The notes beneath the pieces are model-generated. The model was not told the origin of the DNA and ran no database searches. It saw only the letters and a program-made list of their open reading frames with translations. Of a stretch of DNA of 64,000 nucleotides, positions 11,049 through 31,861 are shown one piece after another. The position numbers and the translations under genes were made by a program. The first letter of the stretch is position 1; every line of letters starts with the position of its first letter. Where the stretch lies: positions 1,798,001-1,862,000 of the forward strand of contig CAIIXF020000001.1 of assembly GCA_903813345.2 (NCBI GenBank), in the 5' to 3' direction. The stretch is from Owenia fusiformis (Eukaryota).

Positions 11049-11649
11049 AGGAACATTCCTTGCCAGACTATTTCTCTCCTGATATGGTAGCTACAATCAT
11101 ATATATACTTTATATATTTAGCAAAACACGGGGAAATGTTTTCATATGGTCAATATTGATCATTTAAAAATGTAGTACTCATTCCCAGTAAGCTGCCATC
11201 TTTTCAGATTTCTTTCAGGAAGTGATGTCATCGACTCTCACCTGTTATAACCTTGTCTATTACAGTATAGGAAAGAATTACAAAATCACTTCTAAACAAG
11301 AAGCCATTATCTTCTGAGTAAAAATATTTTCAGGAGTTGTCAACTTAGAAGTAAAGAAGAGATCATCAAAAGGATTTTAATCATAGACCAAATTGAAAAA
11401 AATATTCAGCTGGTTTAGTAATTCTAATAGCTCCTTACCTAATGTTATATGCAAAGTTGAGAGTTGATGACATCACTTCCTGAGTGAAATTTTAAAAGAT
11501 GGCAGCCTACTGAAATTGAGCACTACATTTTTTAGTGATCAATATTGACCATTTCAAAACATTTTTATGTTTTTTGATAAACTTGCAAAGTATGTATATG
11601 GTTATAGCTACCATATTAAGAGAGAGATGGTCTGGCAAGGAATACCCCT
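11049..11649. mobile_element. Palindromic non-autonomous DNA transposon with TTAA target duplication (Kolobok-like)
   Basis: TTAA|AGGAACATTCCTTGCCAGAC ... GTCTGGCAAGGAATACCCCT|TTAA, with about 200-bp or longer imperfect inverted arms. Confidence 0.8.
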
Positions 11650-11653
11650 TTAA

Positions 11654-12874
11654 GCTCTTCGACATTTAAAAAGTTACTCGACTTTTTTTGCAAAAAAACT
11701 TCCAAAAAGTAACAGTCGCATGAATTCACATTGTCGTACTTACAAAATGATCCACTGCCTAACTTATACACCATCGAACTTGGTAATATTGTACACGTAA
11801 GTATTAATAACGGTATATTCCCATAGAAAACTGAGCTTGCTTTTCAACATTTCAAGCGAAAATTCTCTACGGAGCTTTTGTTTTTCTGACGTAATTCTAA
11901 TAAATCAGTCACGTGACACAGTTCAGTTCATCTTATTTTGAAAGGGTTGTCATCTATTTAGAATATTTATTTTCATCTTGTCCAGTCCTATATACAACCT
12001 GCCCTTATCTTTTTCGCTCGTAAAACCGCGTAGTAATGTTGAAACTATGGAATAGATTCTCTGAGAGTGGCGATATGTTTTCATGTTTACCATCTTGCAT
12101 TTTACACCACTCATTTTGGATGAGTCCAAGTAAGCCGCACATCCGGGTGATTGGAAAAGGGAAATTCTTAAAAAAATCGAGCGGCAACAAAGATACTTCT
12201 GTTCAAACTGAGTTTATGACGAAACTTATGAAAGAATCAATAAAAGGTACTGTAGATTGGGTTAATTTGGCGCCCGCTTTAATTTGGCGAATTTGGCGAA
12301 ATTGAAAAATTCGCCAATATAAATCTCCGCCAAAATTTAGAATGAATCCCCGGGAATCATCTAGGGTATTTCGTCCAGTGTATTAAGGTCACTTCCGGTT
12401 TATTTTTTTCCAAAAATATGAAAAAATGTCTCTCATAAATTGGCTCAGAACTGGTCAGTCACTCATTTATACTCAGGGAAAAGTAGCAGCATCGATTGAG
12501 GTGTAAAATGTAAAGGTTGATCTCACAAAAATGTACAAACGTGGTGAATATCGCCAGTGGTCCTCAAAAGAAAAAATGAACATAGCCAAACATGCCCATT
12601 TAGATCTAGATCTACATGGTAATTCGCAAACAGCGCGTTAGTTTAACATTCCATTAACATTTTTTTTGCATATCCGCCAAATTAAATAGCCGCCAATATG
12701 CCAAAAATGGCAAAATCGCCAAATTAAGTAGCGCCAAATTAACCCAATCTACAGTAAGTGGTATACATTAGACGGATTCCAAAAATTAAACGTGACGCCA
12801 ATTTGAAAGTTCAGAATGCCTTCTGTGATTCAAAATCACAAAAAAGTCGATTAACTTTTTAAATGTCGAAGAGC
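11654..12874. mobile_element. Non-autonomous TIR element abutting the previous one
   Basis: GCTCTTCGACATTTAAAAAGTTA.TCGACTTTTTT ... AAAAAAGTCGATTAACTTTTTAAATGTCGAAGAGC, flanked by TTAA (left) and TTAG (right). Confidence 0.75.
12250..12754. mobile_element. Tc1/mariner-type MITE nested in the 11654-12874 element
   Basis: TA|CTGTAGATTGGGTTAATTTGGCGC ... GCGCCAAATTAACCCAATCTACAG|TA: perfect 24-bp TIR with subterminal (TTTGGCG/CGCCAAA) repeats. Confidence 0.88.
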
Positions 12875-13200
12875 TTAGATAACTTCCCTTTTAGCCAATT
12901 TAGCAAGTATTTAGAATGATGCACAATTAATAGATACTACATACATACATTTCGGGTAAATCAAAAATAAAACACACATAAAACTAACCCAGAAAATAAT
13001 GCACGTGAGATTCGACACCACTCGGTTGATAAAAAAACTGATAAAAAGAATTACACAAAATAAGAAACGCGTTGTCATTTTCTAAATCAGGAAAATATCA
13101 ACCTAAATTTATTGAATCGTATAACCCAGCTATATGACAATACTTTACAAGCATCTACGTCTCATTGCTTAACCAATATAAACAGTAAATCATGAAAATT

Positions 13201-13550
13201 CTCACCAAAAATATTCCGACCTTCAAAATTCCAAAATGGCCGACTACTTGGGAGTGTTTCGAATCTACTTTTCAAAGCGCAGATATGATGTTGATTTCAT
13301 GATTGGCGACTGTTTTCGTGTTTTAAATCAAGGTAAATGATATCAAATTGAAAAAAATCTAAATTTAATCTAAATGGTAGATATGATCAAAATTAATCAT
13401 CAATTAAAAATATTACACTGAATGCTCCCTTGGCCTAATTGAAAAGATGTCTCTGAACTGTCGTTTTGTCAAAACGTGCAAAACAAAAGCATCGTAGTTT
13501 ACGCTCATATTTCCCTTGCATGGTGTGACTACATAAACCACGGTAAGCTG
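13201..13550. promoter_or_regulatory. Putative bidirectional promoter and non-coding first exons of COX6C (-) and TGS1 (+)
   Basis: Minus-strand donor G|GTGAG at 13205. Plus-strand donors AG|GTAAAT (13333) and CG|GTAAGC (13543). YY1-like CAAAATGGCCG at 13232-13242 and an inverted CCAAT (GATTGG) near 13301. Both genes have acceptors upstream of their ATGs (10342 and 14908). Confidence 0.5.
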
Positions 13551-13784
13551 TTAAAATGACGTATAATTGTAATATTGATATGCATGTACAACATGTTTAT
13601 TTTAGGTAATTTGATGATTCAAGCATTTGACATAATTTTCCATCAAATAAAAATCATAAAATGACTGTTTGAAAACAACATGAACATGAAAGTAATTATT
13701 ACAAGTCTTATTTCCTACTTCCTTGTCTACTGGTTCATGACAAAATGTAATTTGTTGCGTTCATCGTTATTTCATGTCCGGTCA

Positions 13785-14480
13785 CCTCTTCTGAAGGCTG
13801 CCTGACTGGTCATATACAGAACAGCCTTTGCTCGCGCTTTACAGGCCGCTAGACTAATTTTAGTGAATGGTGACAGCTGAAACTGAAATACTGAAATCAG
13901 CTGCATATATACTTTATATCTACAAATGTTCATATCGTCCATAAAATTCTGTAAAGTTATCAACTGATTCTGTGTAGATCAGGATTTATTTTTGTACCTG
14001 AATGGATATTTTCTAGCGAGAAATCAAAATGGCATTCTGGGATGCCAGAGTCCCTCTTTTCTGCCATTCCGGCACTTTGGAAGGATAAAAACAAAGGCGT
14101 CGTTATTGCACTTTTGACAAAGATTCATGAAGAAGTGTTTTCAACTCAAAATCTCCAGGGATTTCCAAATGATCTTTAAAAATTGCTGAACTTCCTGATG
14201 GGAATCACCCGAGATTTCGAATGCTACTTCTTAAATTTCCGTCAAAACCACCATTTTGATTTGTCGCTAGAAAATGTCTACTCTGAGATAAAGGCAAGTC
14301 CTGGTCGACACAGATGTAGCTGATAACTTAGACTTTTGCAAACAGAGGGTGTTGAGAGGGAACATTTGGAGATGTTTAAGCTGCTGATTTCAGTATTTCA
14401 GTTTCAGCCATCACAATGCTCTAGTGACCTTCTCCAAACGCTGTTCTGATCATCATCAGTAAGCATTTGAAAGAGGTAAA
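13785..14480. mobile_element. Old palindromic MITE
   Basis: GCTGAAACTGAAATACTGAAATCAGC (about 13876) pairs with GCTGATTTCAGTATTTCAGTTTCAGC (about 14384). TTTTCTAGCGAGAAATCAAAATGG pairs with CCATTTTGATTTGTCGCTAGAAAA. Ends are approximate. Confidence 0.65.
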
Positions 14481-14968
14481 TGGCAGGTGTTTATTTTACA
14501 TATTGAACCACCCTCGATAGCAAGTTGCTATTACAGCATTTAGAGTAGCTAGCCACTCTATTTAAGTTTTGGTTGCTTGGTCAACAACCGTCGGATTGGA
14601 CCTGAGGTTGTTGGGTTTGATTTCTCATGTTGACATCAGCACACTTTCTTGGCTTTCTTCCATGTCTGTATCTGGCTTGTAACACTATGCTTGGCGTTCC
14701 AATGATTCCATTGGTTATTCCCCAGAGACATTTGTCTCGTTACTGTTGAAAGAGGGTGGACACCTACAGTTTCATGTTGTGACATATGACCTTGGTATGG
14801 CCTAAGTCTGGCCTCTTTGGAATTTTAGCTCTGTATTTCTTGATGATTCCGATACATACATTCATAAAAATCACCTACCTCTGACTCTCTATACTCTCTC
14901 ATCTTCAGGTGTGCCACTTATTTAGTCTGGCAAAGAGTGACACAAATTGGGAGGTCTGAAAAAGCAAG

Positions 14969-23321
<8,353 letters not shown>

Positions 23322-24320
23322 AACATGAAATTGATGTACTCTGGATGTCCATATACAGTATGTGGATGTCCATATATGTGGTATAGATGTGCAATTTAGA
23401 TTCAATGAAATGTCTATATGGAATATCAGTGGCCTGATGAAGTCATATACACATAGTAATACACCATGTAGTTGCAGACAAGCCTGTGATGCAATCTATG
23501 ACGTAAAGAGAACAATTGAGTGGACTAGGAAGACATCTGTGCACATAATTCAATAGACTTACATTGGAATATGTCATGGAATGTTTTTATTATCAGTAAT
23601 ATAATCTTAATATCCTTTTATAGTAGATGACCATTTACATCTGGGGGTCCTAACCTTTTTACTATCCCTCCCCTCCCCCATGCCATACAGTTGATATTAA
23701 GAAACAGTTATAACAAATATTCATTGGACTTTGATATGACAGAAGATATTATCCGTCCAACTGTTTCGTAACTAATTAACTTCAAACGTTAGTTTCCCTT
23801 AAGATCTAAAAGATTTGTTTCTTAACATAATAGATAAATGCAGTGTTCACCTTCACAGCAACTACAGTTAACATTTAAGTTAACATTTGCTGAATGAAAT
23901 CACAGGTGCAGTAATCTTTAACACTGGAGCTATGATTAACATAAGATAAAGCCAAATTAAGTCAGCCAGTTGGGTTCCTAAGTTTATTTCTTTTTGTAGC
24001 TTTCTTCGTGAAATCCCTTGAGCATTTTTCAGTAATGCTATTGAAAAATACAATGTATCATTGCAGATTATACTTACTCATTGTAAAGATAACATCTGAA
24101 GTTCTGTATCAAGTCCTTCTTTCCCCTTCTATGTATTTGATAAACCGATAGGGGAAGACAGGAGGGACAAGAGAGTTTGATGTAAGACTTTTAGAAGGTG
24201 CTTTATGTGGCTTGCTTTTATGTCCAGGGCTTCCATTTATATACCAGGGTATGAAGAATTCCATATAATACAAGGCTTAAAATGGTGCCTCTTTCTGTGT
24301 TATGTGTATAGACCATACTA

Positions 24321-24651
24321 GATTCCATTTCACTGCTTCATTTCGTCAGTAGAATGGCAAAAATAAGAAATTGGGAGACCATTGTGCAATAATATATGGA
24401 AAAGTATATTCATAATGTACATGAATGACATTTGTATATTTCAGATTTTTTAGTTTTTGTGCAATAAGCCTGTGCTCGTAATTTGAAGAATTTCAGCCAT
24501 GTTAATCTTATTGAAAATAACATGGCAGAGAAACATCCAAATATAAGAGGCCACACACTTTATAAGCCAAACTAGAAGCAATCCAAGATATACAAATGTC
24601 ATTTCTTATTTTTGCCGTTCTACTGACGAAACAAAGCAGTGAAATGGACTC
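24321..24651. mobile_element. MITE with about 50-bp TIRs and TA flanks
   Basis: TA|GATTCCATTTCACTGCTTCATTTCGTCAGTAGAATGGCAAAAATAAGAAAT ... ATTTCTTATTTTTGCCGTTCTACTGACGAAACAAAGCAGTGAAATGGACTC|TA. Confidence 0.75.
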
Positions 24652-26417
24652 TACTTTGTATTTAAGTCTCTCATTTGTGCATTTATATCGTAGGACGTCA
24701 TCCCAGCCTCTTTCCTACTTGAAGAGTTACCTGGCTAATGATGATATTTGCAGAAAGCTACAGTATGTTTTTAAAATTTTGAATTGGACTGTACATCAAA
24801 TATTTGTTATTTTTATTTATTCTATGATTGTTATTATTAAAACTTTATTGCAGTTGTCTTTACATCTGTACATTATAATGGAAAGAATTTAGCATAATAC
24901 AGTAGTTACTTGTGTTGCATGCACTTAGGCCAGGATATAGCATGGGTTTTGGGAAGTTCAAGGGCCACTTGATAGACATAATGTTTCTGAAAGATGACTT
25001 CATTTAGCATCAATTCATATATGTCTGGGTCTTTTTAGTTTGTGGACGAAGGATTCTGAGCAGTTTTACCCCCCTAGAATAATATTTCAGGGGGGTACTA
25101 TATTATCATTCTATAAAATCAGTTATACATTAACTATAGCACTGATTTATACATATTTTGTTACTAGCACTGTAGTCGAGTGTTTCCCAAAGTTATAGGG
25201 AGATATGTTGATTGGTTTGGGAGAAAATATAATTTATCGAAATAAAAAGCATAGTTTCGTTATCTTTTTATTTTCACCAATCTTATTTTTGCAGCTTCAG
25301 AGAAATAATAGTCAGTAATAGTGCTCCAAGTAGTAATCAAAAATCATTTCCAGGCTATGTGTGACATTGTAATATAAGGAATGTAATGATTGAGTACTAT
25401 TTTGTATTTTTAATATGGATTTGTTTACCCCTACCCCTTACCCCTTTTTAGTCTTACCGATTTTATTGTTGCAGCTTCAGAGAAATAATAGGCAGTTATA
25501 GTGCTCCAAGTAGTATTCAAAAATCATTTCCAAGCTATGTGTGACATTGTAATGTAAGTAATGTAATGATAAAGTACTATTTTGTATTTTTGATATGGCT
25601 TTGTTGACCCCTACCCCTTAGAAATACAAGAACGCGGAGGTGGCACAATTGGATCAGAAATTCTATGATGACTACTTATGTCCTGCCTTGTATATTATTT
25701 TCTTCATGAATATGTTTCTCAAATGTCATAAAACACAAATTTCTTGGGTCAAAAACCTGTTTCAATGTTTATATATAGACCTAGAGGATGGGAATTTATG
25801 GGCTGAAAGATATGGGCCGAAAGAAAATAATGTACATGCTAAGAATGCCTATTAATATAGAGTGCAGGATGTAAAGTTTGACATAATTAGAATTTTCCTA
25901 GTGAACATGAACATTATACGTTCTCAAATATTATGCACCATTCCTGAGAGTAGAGACTTTCAAAAGTATATTGTTAATAATAGGAATTTTCACTATATTT
26001 GACTCTCTATTATTGCTTCCAGGGTGGGGAGGTTGACTCAATAGGTTACTCCCATGATTTGAGTTTGACAGCTCAATCTTTGTTTTGTCAAAACCTCCAC
26101 AACTTCCCATGTGGGGGTCTCACACAAACCTTTGAATTATGCTCAACTGCACATGGGTAAAGGGGATATTTGAAGAAATAATTTTGGAATATGTGAGAAA
26201 AGTCCAGTCCTTCTCCCTTATTAATTGAATGAAATGGGGGGAGGGGGAGTCATTCGGAGTTTCTTCAGAGTCAGAGGTACATGCAAACTTTATCTATTGT
26301 AGAATCATTTTTAGATATAAAAGGAATATTATAAGAAATACTTCTGAACAATCATTTCTGTCTTTCTCCTTTTGCTCATGGATAAAGTGGAGTAGAAGGG
26401 GATTAAGTCATCTTCAA

Positions 26418-27636
26418 AGGAGTGGTATCGATATGGTGAACTTTTTGAATACACGTTTTTCTTAAACCAGTCATCAAAACATTCTGAAAATTTTACATAT
26501 CGTCAATTTAGTGGTTAGCTTTTGTATGGTAACATTATAATTTGAAATATATTTATATACTTTTCTCTATATTGTTTTAGATAACACATGAGCCACTTCT
26601 TTTGTTCTTGGTATCATATGTTCGGAATGAAATGAAACATCTATCCAAACCTCATTGGAACAAAACGACATAAACACAACGTGTGGTCTCTCAATATTGT
26701 AATCGTACAAAGGAAGGTTTGGTTGATATTAAAAAAGTATCTTGTTAAAGATTCCGATAAATCGGGCTACGTATACCGCTGTATAGGGGATTAGAAGGGT
26801 TTATTTTTTATTTAGGTATGCAAGCTATATAAAATTAGGCCTTCTAGCATGCATGTACTCGTGTGTACAATCAGCATGCCCTTCAATATTATATAAACAC
26901 GCTGTTACTATACCAGGCTATTCAATATGTACTACATAATGTACACTATTTATGTGTGTACTACGATTCTCGGGGAAACAAAATACAAATACTTTTTATA
27001 TGTCCAAAATGAGCCATTTGATTGATACATATACTAAATAGTTTCATAAATAACATCTACAAAGTATATCTAATAGTAATTTTCAATTTCAATGGTGAAA
27101 CTTCCCTGGTTACGATTATACGGGAAATCATCACGAGACGAAGATCGTTCGCCTTCCTGGCTTACCTCTGAATCGTGTACCTGGTAATCTCTTTATATAG
27201 TTTAGCGAGAATGCTGCGCCTGCGCAGTATTAAACTTTGGCGCACACTTGAATGAAATTAAAGGTTGAACTTAATTTTTATCTATTTTGGGGGGTTTTGT
27301 AAAAGTTTTTGCATACTTATTGTAAAATCAACCAAAGTTTCCTTTGTTTAACTATAGCATTGAGAGGTCTAAGAAAATGTTGTATATTCTATTTTGTTCC
27401 AACAAGGTTCGGAGAGGCATTTCATTTCATTCTCAAGAATTGGTAGAAAGGACCAAAAAAACAATTGCACTAAAAAAACAAAAAATGTTAACAAAAACAG
27501 TTATATAGAATATATATATTTTTGCATTAAATTGTTGCCAATCGGTCAAAATTATATTATTTTACAGAATGTTTTCAATAATTGGTTTAAGAGAAAAACA
27601 TTGTTGAATTCAGTTCACTATATCGATACCTATCCT
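26418..27636. mobile_element. Degenerate TIR element (Kolobok-like AGG...CCT ends) nested in the 8.4-kb element
   Basis: AGGAGTGGTATCGATATGGTGAAC pairs with GTTCACTATATCGATACCTATCCT. Inner arms include TTGGAACAAAA / TTTTGTTCCAA and AAAGGAAGGTTTGGTTGAT / ATCAACCAAAGTTTCCTTT. Confidence 0.65.
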
Positions 27637-28521
27637 TTTTCTTGGGAGCAAAAACTGTTTACAGTTCCAAACATGACCCTCTGAGGTAGTATATATAAGC
27701 TTTATAAGTCATATTACGATTTCCCTTTGAAGCACAAACTGTAAACAGTTCCACACACCACCCTCAGAGGTACATATGTATATGGGAACTTTATCTACTG
27801 TAGAATCTCTTTATGGCTATGTTATTAGAAATACTTTTGGAATAAGTGACTGCTGTCTATCTCCTTTTGTTATAGTATTTTGTGGATGGTGTTAGAGGGT
27901 TGGCAGTTGGCAGTCAATGGTCGACATCTGTAGCAAATCGCTGGTGGAGACATTTTACATCTCCTTTTGTTAATGAATGAGGTGAGGGAGAGGTTAAGGT
28001 AGATTAAAATTCTCCTTGGGAGCACCATCAGCCATCATGTCCATCAGCCATCCTCTATCGATGAATTGGGGAGGGATAAGTCATAAGAATTTTCCTCCTT
28101 TGTTAATGGATGGGGTGAGGGGAGGTTAAGGTACAACTGTAGATTAAAATTCTCCTTGGGAGCACAAACCACAAACATTATGCAGTTTCTTAACCCTCAG
28201 AGAAATGGGTGAAATGTATCGACTGTAGAATCTTGCCATGGCTTTATGAACAACTTTTGGAGTAAGTGAGTATATACTCATGAATGGAGTGGGACAGGGG
28301 GGTAAACAAATAAAATATATAATCCCTTCATGAATAAATCATATAAGAATTTTCCTCGGAAGCACAAACAGCTTACAGCTCTACAACCCATCCTCAAAGA
28401 TGCAGCTGAACTTCCCGAGTGAGAATTCTTTGTAGGTGTAGTTTAGAGTCACATGTGAATTTAATCAACTGTAGGATTCCTTCAGTGGTAAACAGTGCAT
28501 TTAGGAGTGCTATGTGAATAA

Positions 28522-31500
28522 TAGCGAGATCAATAGTGCAAAAATAGTTTATTCATGGAACGAAGCGTGAAACTTTCCAGATATCATCAGGACACTATTC
28601 CCTTTGATTTAAGAGCCAGAGCCATTTTTGTGGTTCACTAGAATGACCGAAAATTGCAAATACCCCCTCCCATAAAAATCCTGGGGGGAGGAGGAGGGAA
28701 GAATTATTTTTTTGTTGAATTTCTTTTTTGAATATGATTTAACTTCATTTTTAGTATGTTATTTTCAGTGTTTAAAAGCAATTTTCAAGATTGCATCAGT
28801 ATTTCTCATGGATATTCATTGTTAAAGCCTGACCAAGGGCGACGCCCACTTTATCAACATGTTAAATATACAATTTAATGAGTCTTCTATAATGAATACA
28901 ATAATTACTTAATAAGGCTGAATAGAATTGATAAGATTAAGTCAGTTATTTATGTTAAGATGATAGATGCTGTAAGTAAGTCAATTTCACTGTTAAAGGT
29001 TTTTGAAAGGCCACGCCACCTTTTAGATATTAAGATATAATAATATATAATTCACAATTAATGATACATTATTTTGGCTTTTAATGGGAGCACTTTGACT
29101 AATTGATACAAGTTACATGTACCTCATTAAGTATCTTAACTGCAGTTCAAATATCCTATTTTGTGCATTTAAGCACTTCAACACTCTATTATCATTATCA
29201 CTGACTTAGGTGCCATGTCCATTACAATCCCTGTCACACAAACACAGGGCAGTACATGCAAGATTGGCTTTAAAGCACTTGCATCTTTTTTGTTGAGCAT
29301 TGTTGTTTGCAGCTGCATTTTACTAGCATTTGGCATGCATCTGAAGCTTGGGGCAATGTTTTCCACACTGGCACCCAAATCATTTTCCCAGCCTTTGTGG
29401 TAATGGATTCCCAACCCAATTGAAGGGAGGACTGACATAGGTATAATTGGCCCCACAAATAAACTGCCTGGAATAGAACATGTTTGATATGCTGTTGTAA
29501 AGCATGCAACTTATGTTGGTGGTATGCTCTCAATTTGATTTGTTTTCTTGTGAACATTTCTTGTCTTGCAGCATTTACAGTTGTTTCATTGTTGTCTCTA
29601 CTGTATAAAATCACAACAAAATGTTCAATAATTGGCATAACTTTGGCTAACTTATTTGGATCTTCAGCCAAAGTTTTAAGTGCATTTGTCAACTCGGATA
29701 AGTAATCCAATGTTTCCATGCTGTTGTTTTTAATTAACCGTGGAATCCAGATGTAGTGTCTGAACCAGTGTGGGCATGAAATAAGGGGAGACACATAGCC
29801 CTACCATGTCCAAGGGCAGCTGCCAATTCATGGGAAGTGAGATATCTTTAATTTTTCACCTTTTCCAAAGCTATCTATTTTTGAACTTTGAGTTCTGATG
29901 ATATACTGACTGCCAGACAGACAATATCAGTCTACTGTTCTAATCGTCAATGTGTTGTACCTAGACTTTACTGCATGGTGGATGTGCTTATTCATGTGTT
30001 GATGGGGAAATGTTTTGAATGGGCATTGGGGGATATGATAATACATCTTACAATACATTGTTTACATCATCTCTAATAAATTCCAATTTGATGGTAACAT
30101 TGCATCTACCTTTGGGCACTGAACATGATCATATCCTGCAATTTGATTGGACATCGTATAGTGATGATCGTGATTTTTAAATAAATTATGAGTACACGAA
30201 AGAATGATAGTATTATGGGAGCTACTCACTTCTTCTGGACTGATATTGAGGATACAATATCTTTGTTTTCTAATGAGTACATGTCATTTGAAGTCTCCAG
30301 AAAGGATTTCTCATCTATTCTATGGTTTCTTATAATAATTTCACATTATCTTTGAATCTTTGTTGTATGCTTATACTTTGTTCATGATTAGATAGGTCTT
30401 CATCTTGATCATTAGTTATATTGTTCTCAATTCAGTGATCAGCCTGGCCAATTCAGGGCCCCCAACCATCCACTAGAGTTGTCTGGTTGTCAAAGAGCCC
30501 CACCACTTGATTTACATGTATCTAGACTGTTATTCTGCTTGTGAACCTGGTCAGTAGCAATGGCTGAAAAGGTCCATCTTAAATTGGTTACAGTGAAGTA
30601 GTCTTTCGTGAAGGCTTCGTAGACTTCTCGATGTATTTGTTAGAGTTGTAGCATATCCCTTATGTGAACTGGTAATCAGCAACCATATTGACTGGAGATA
30701 AAGAGGGTAATTTCCCTCTCTGATAGCCCACACTTAGTTAAGGCACAGTATTTCGATTAGAATAATAGGAAACCAAAACCTGAAGACTGGTACATTCTGT
30801 TGGTCAGCACACCATTCATCAAACTGTTAAATCCCTTCATATAGATTCTGGACAGCTGTATATTTAGCATAGACTCTCTTGAGAATTTAGATACTGCAGC
30901 CTGTGACTGTGGTGGCCCTTCTGGTTCTGGTTCAATCCATGAAAGAGGTTTAATAGCCTAAATGTTCAGCATATGAAAAGTGGGCGTCGCCCATGATTAG
31001 TCTTTAACAATGATGAAAATCAAAGAGAAACCATCTGGAGATAAAGAGGAAAATTCTCCTGTCCTATAGCCCTCACATAGTCAAGTCTCAGTATTTGAAT
31101 TTGAATAATCAGAAACCAAAGCTTGAAGACTGGTACATTCTGTTGGTCACCACACCATTCATCAAACTGTTTAGGCACTTGGTCAGCACACGATTCATCA
31201 AACTGTTTAGGCACTTCATCAACTAGATTCTGGACAGTTGTATCTATAGCATAGGCTCTCTTGAGGAGAATATAGAGACTTGACATACATGTACATAGAA
31301 TAGTGGATACATGTTGTAGATCTGGGACATCCGTTGCTTGCTTTCTTCTCTCTTCTAAACAGAGGTGTGATATGTTATAAGCCTTTAAGAAGTCAAATTC
31401 TAAGATTAATTATAGCACCTAACATCAAAAAGGTATCTGGTGTTATCCAGAAAGCTGAAGTACATTCATTTGTTCAACTCATGATAAAGATTCAATAACC

Positions 31501-31861
31501 TAAATGTTCAATATATGAAAAGTGGGCGTCGCCCATGACTAGTCTTTAACAATGATGAAAATCGATGATAAATCATCTTGTTATGTTGCAAAACTTCTTT
31601 GTCATGAAAATGGCACACTGAAACTGCAGTATGACCATATTCAAAGAAATTTTTTTATTGAAAAAAATTCCTAACTCTCCCCACCCCCACGGGATTTGGG
31701 GGGAGGGGGTACTTACTATTTTTTGATCATTCTAGTGGACCACAAAAATGGCTCTGGCTCTTAAATCAAAGGGAATGGTATTCTGATGATATGTGGAAAG
31801 TTTCACGCTTCGTTCCATGAATGAACTATTTGCCTGTTTTCTTGCACTATTGATCTCGCTA
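28522..31861 (-). mobile_element. Defective Academ DNA transposon nested in the 8.4-kb element
   Basis: TAA|TAGCGAGATCAATAGTGCAA...TTCATGGAACGAAGCGTGAAACTTTCC ... GGAAAGTTTCACGCTTCGTTCCATGAA...GCACTATTGATCTCGCTA|TAA: TAG/CTA termini, 3-bp TSD, about 330-bp TIRs and transposase remnants inside. Confidence 0.88.
29178..31286 (-). pseudogene. Fragmented Academ-type transposase
   Basis: Frameshifted pieces AIREGNYPLYL, IEHFVVILYSR...VNAARQEMF...ALQQHIKHVLFQAVYLWGQ and WVPVWKTLPQASDACQMLVKCSCKQQCS (Cys-rich CXC-like C-terminus). Confidence 0.75.

Noticed and set aside
14550-14800. Degenerate SINE upstream of the first TGS1 coding exon
   Set aside because: Only a faint B-box-like similarity, and boundaries cannot be supported.
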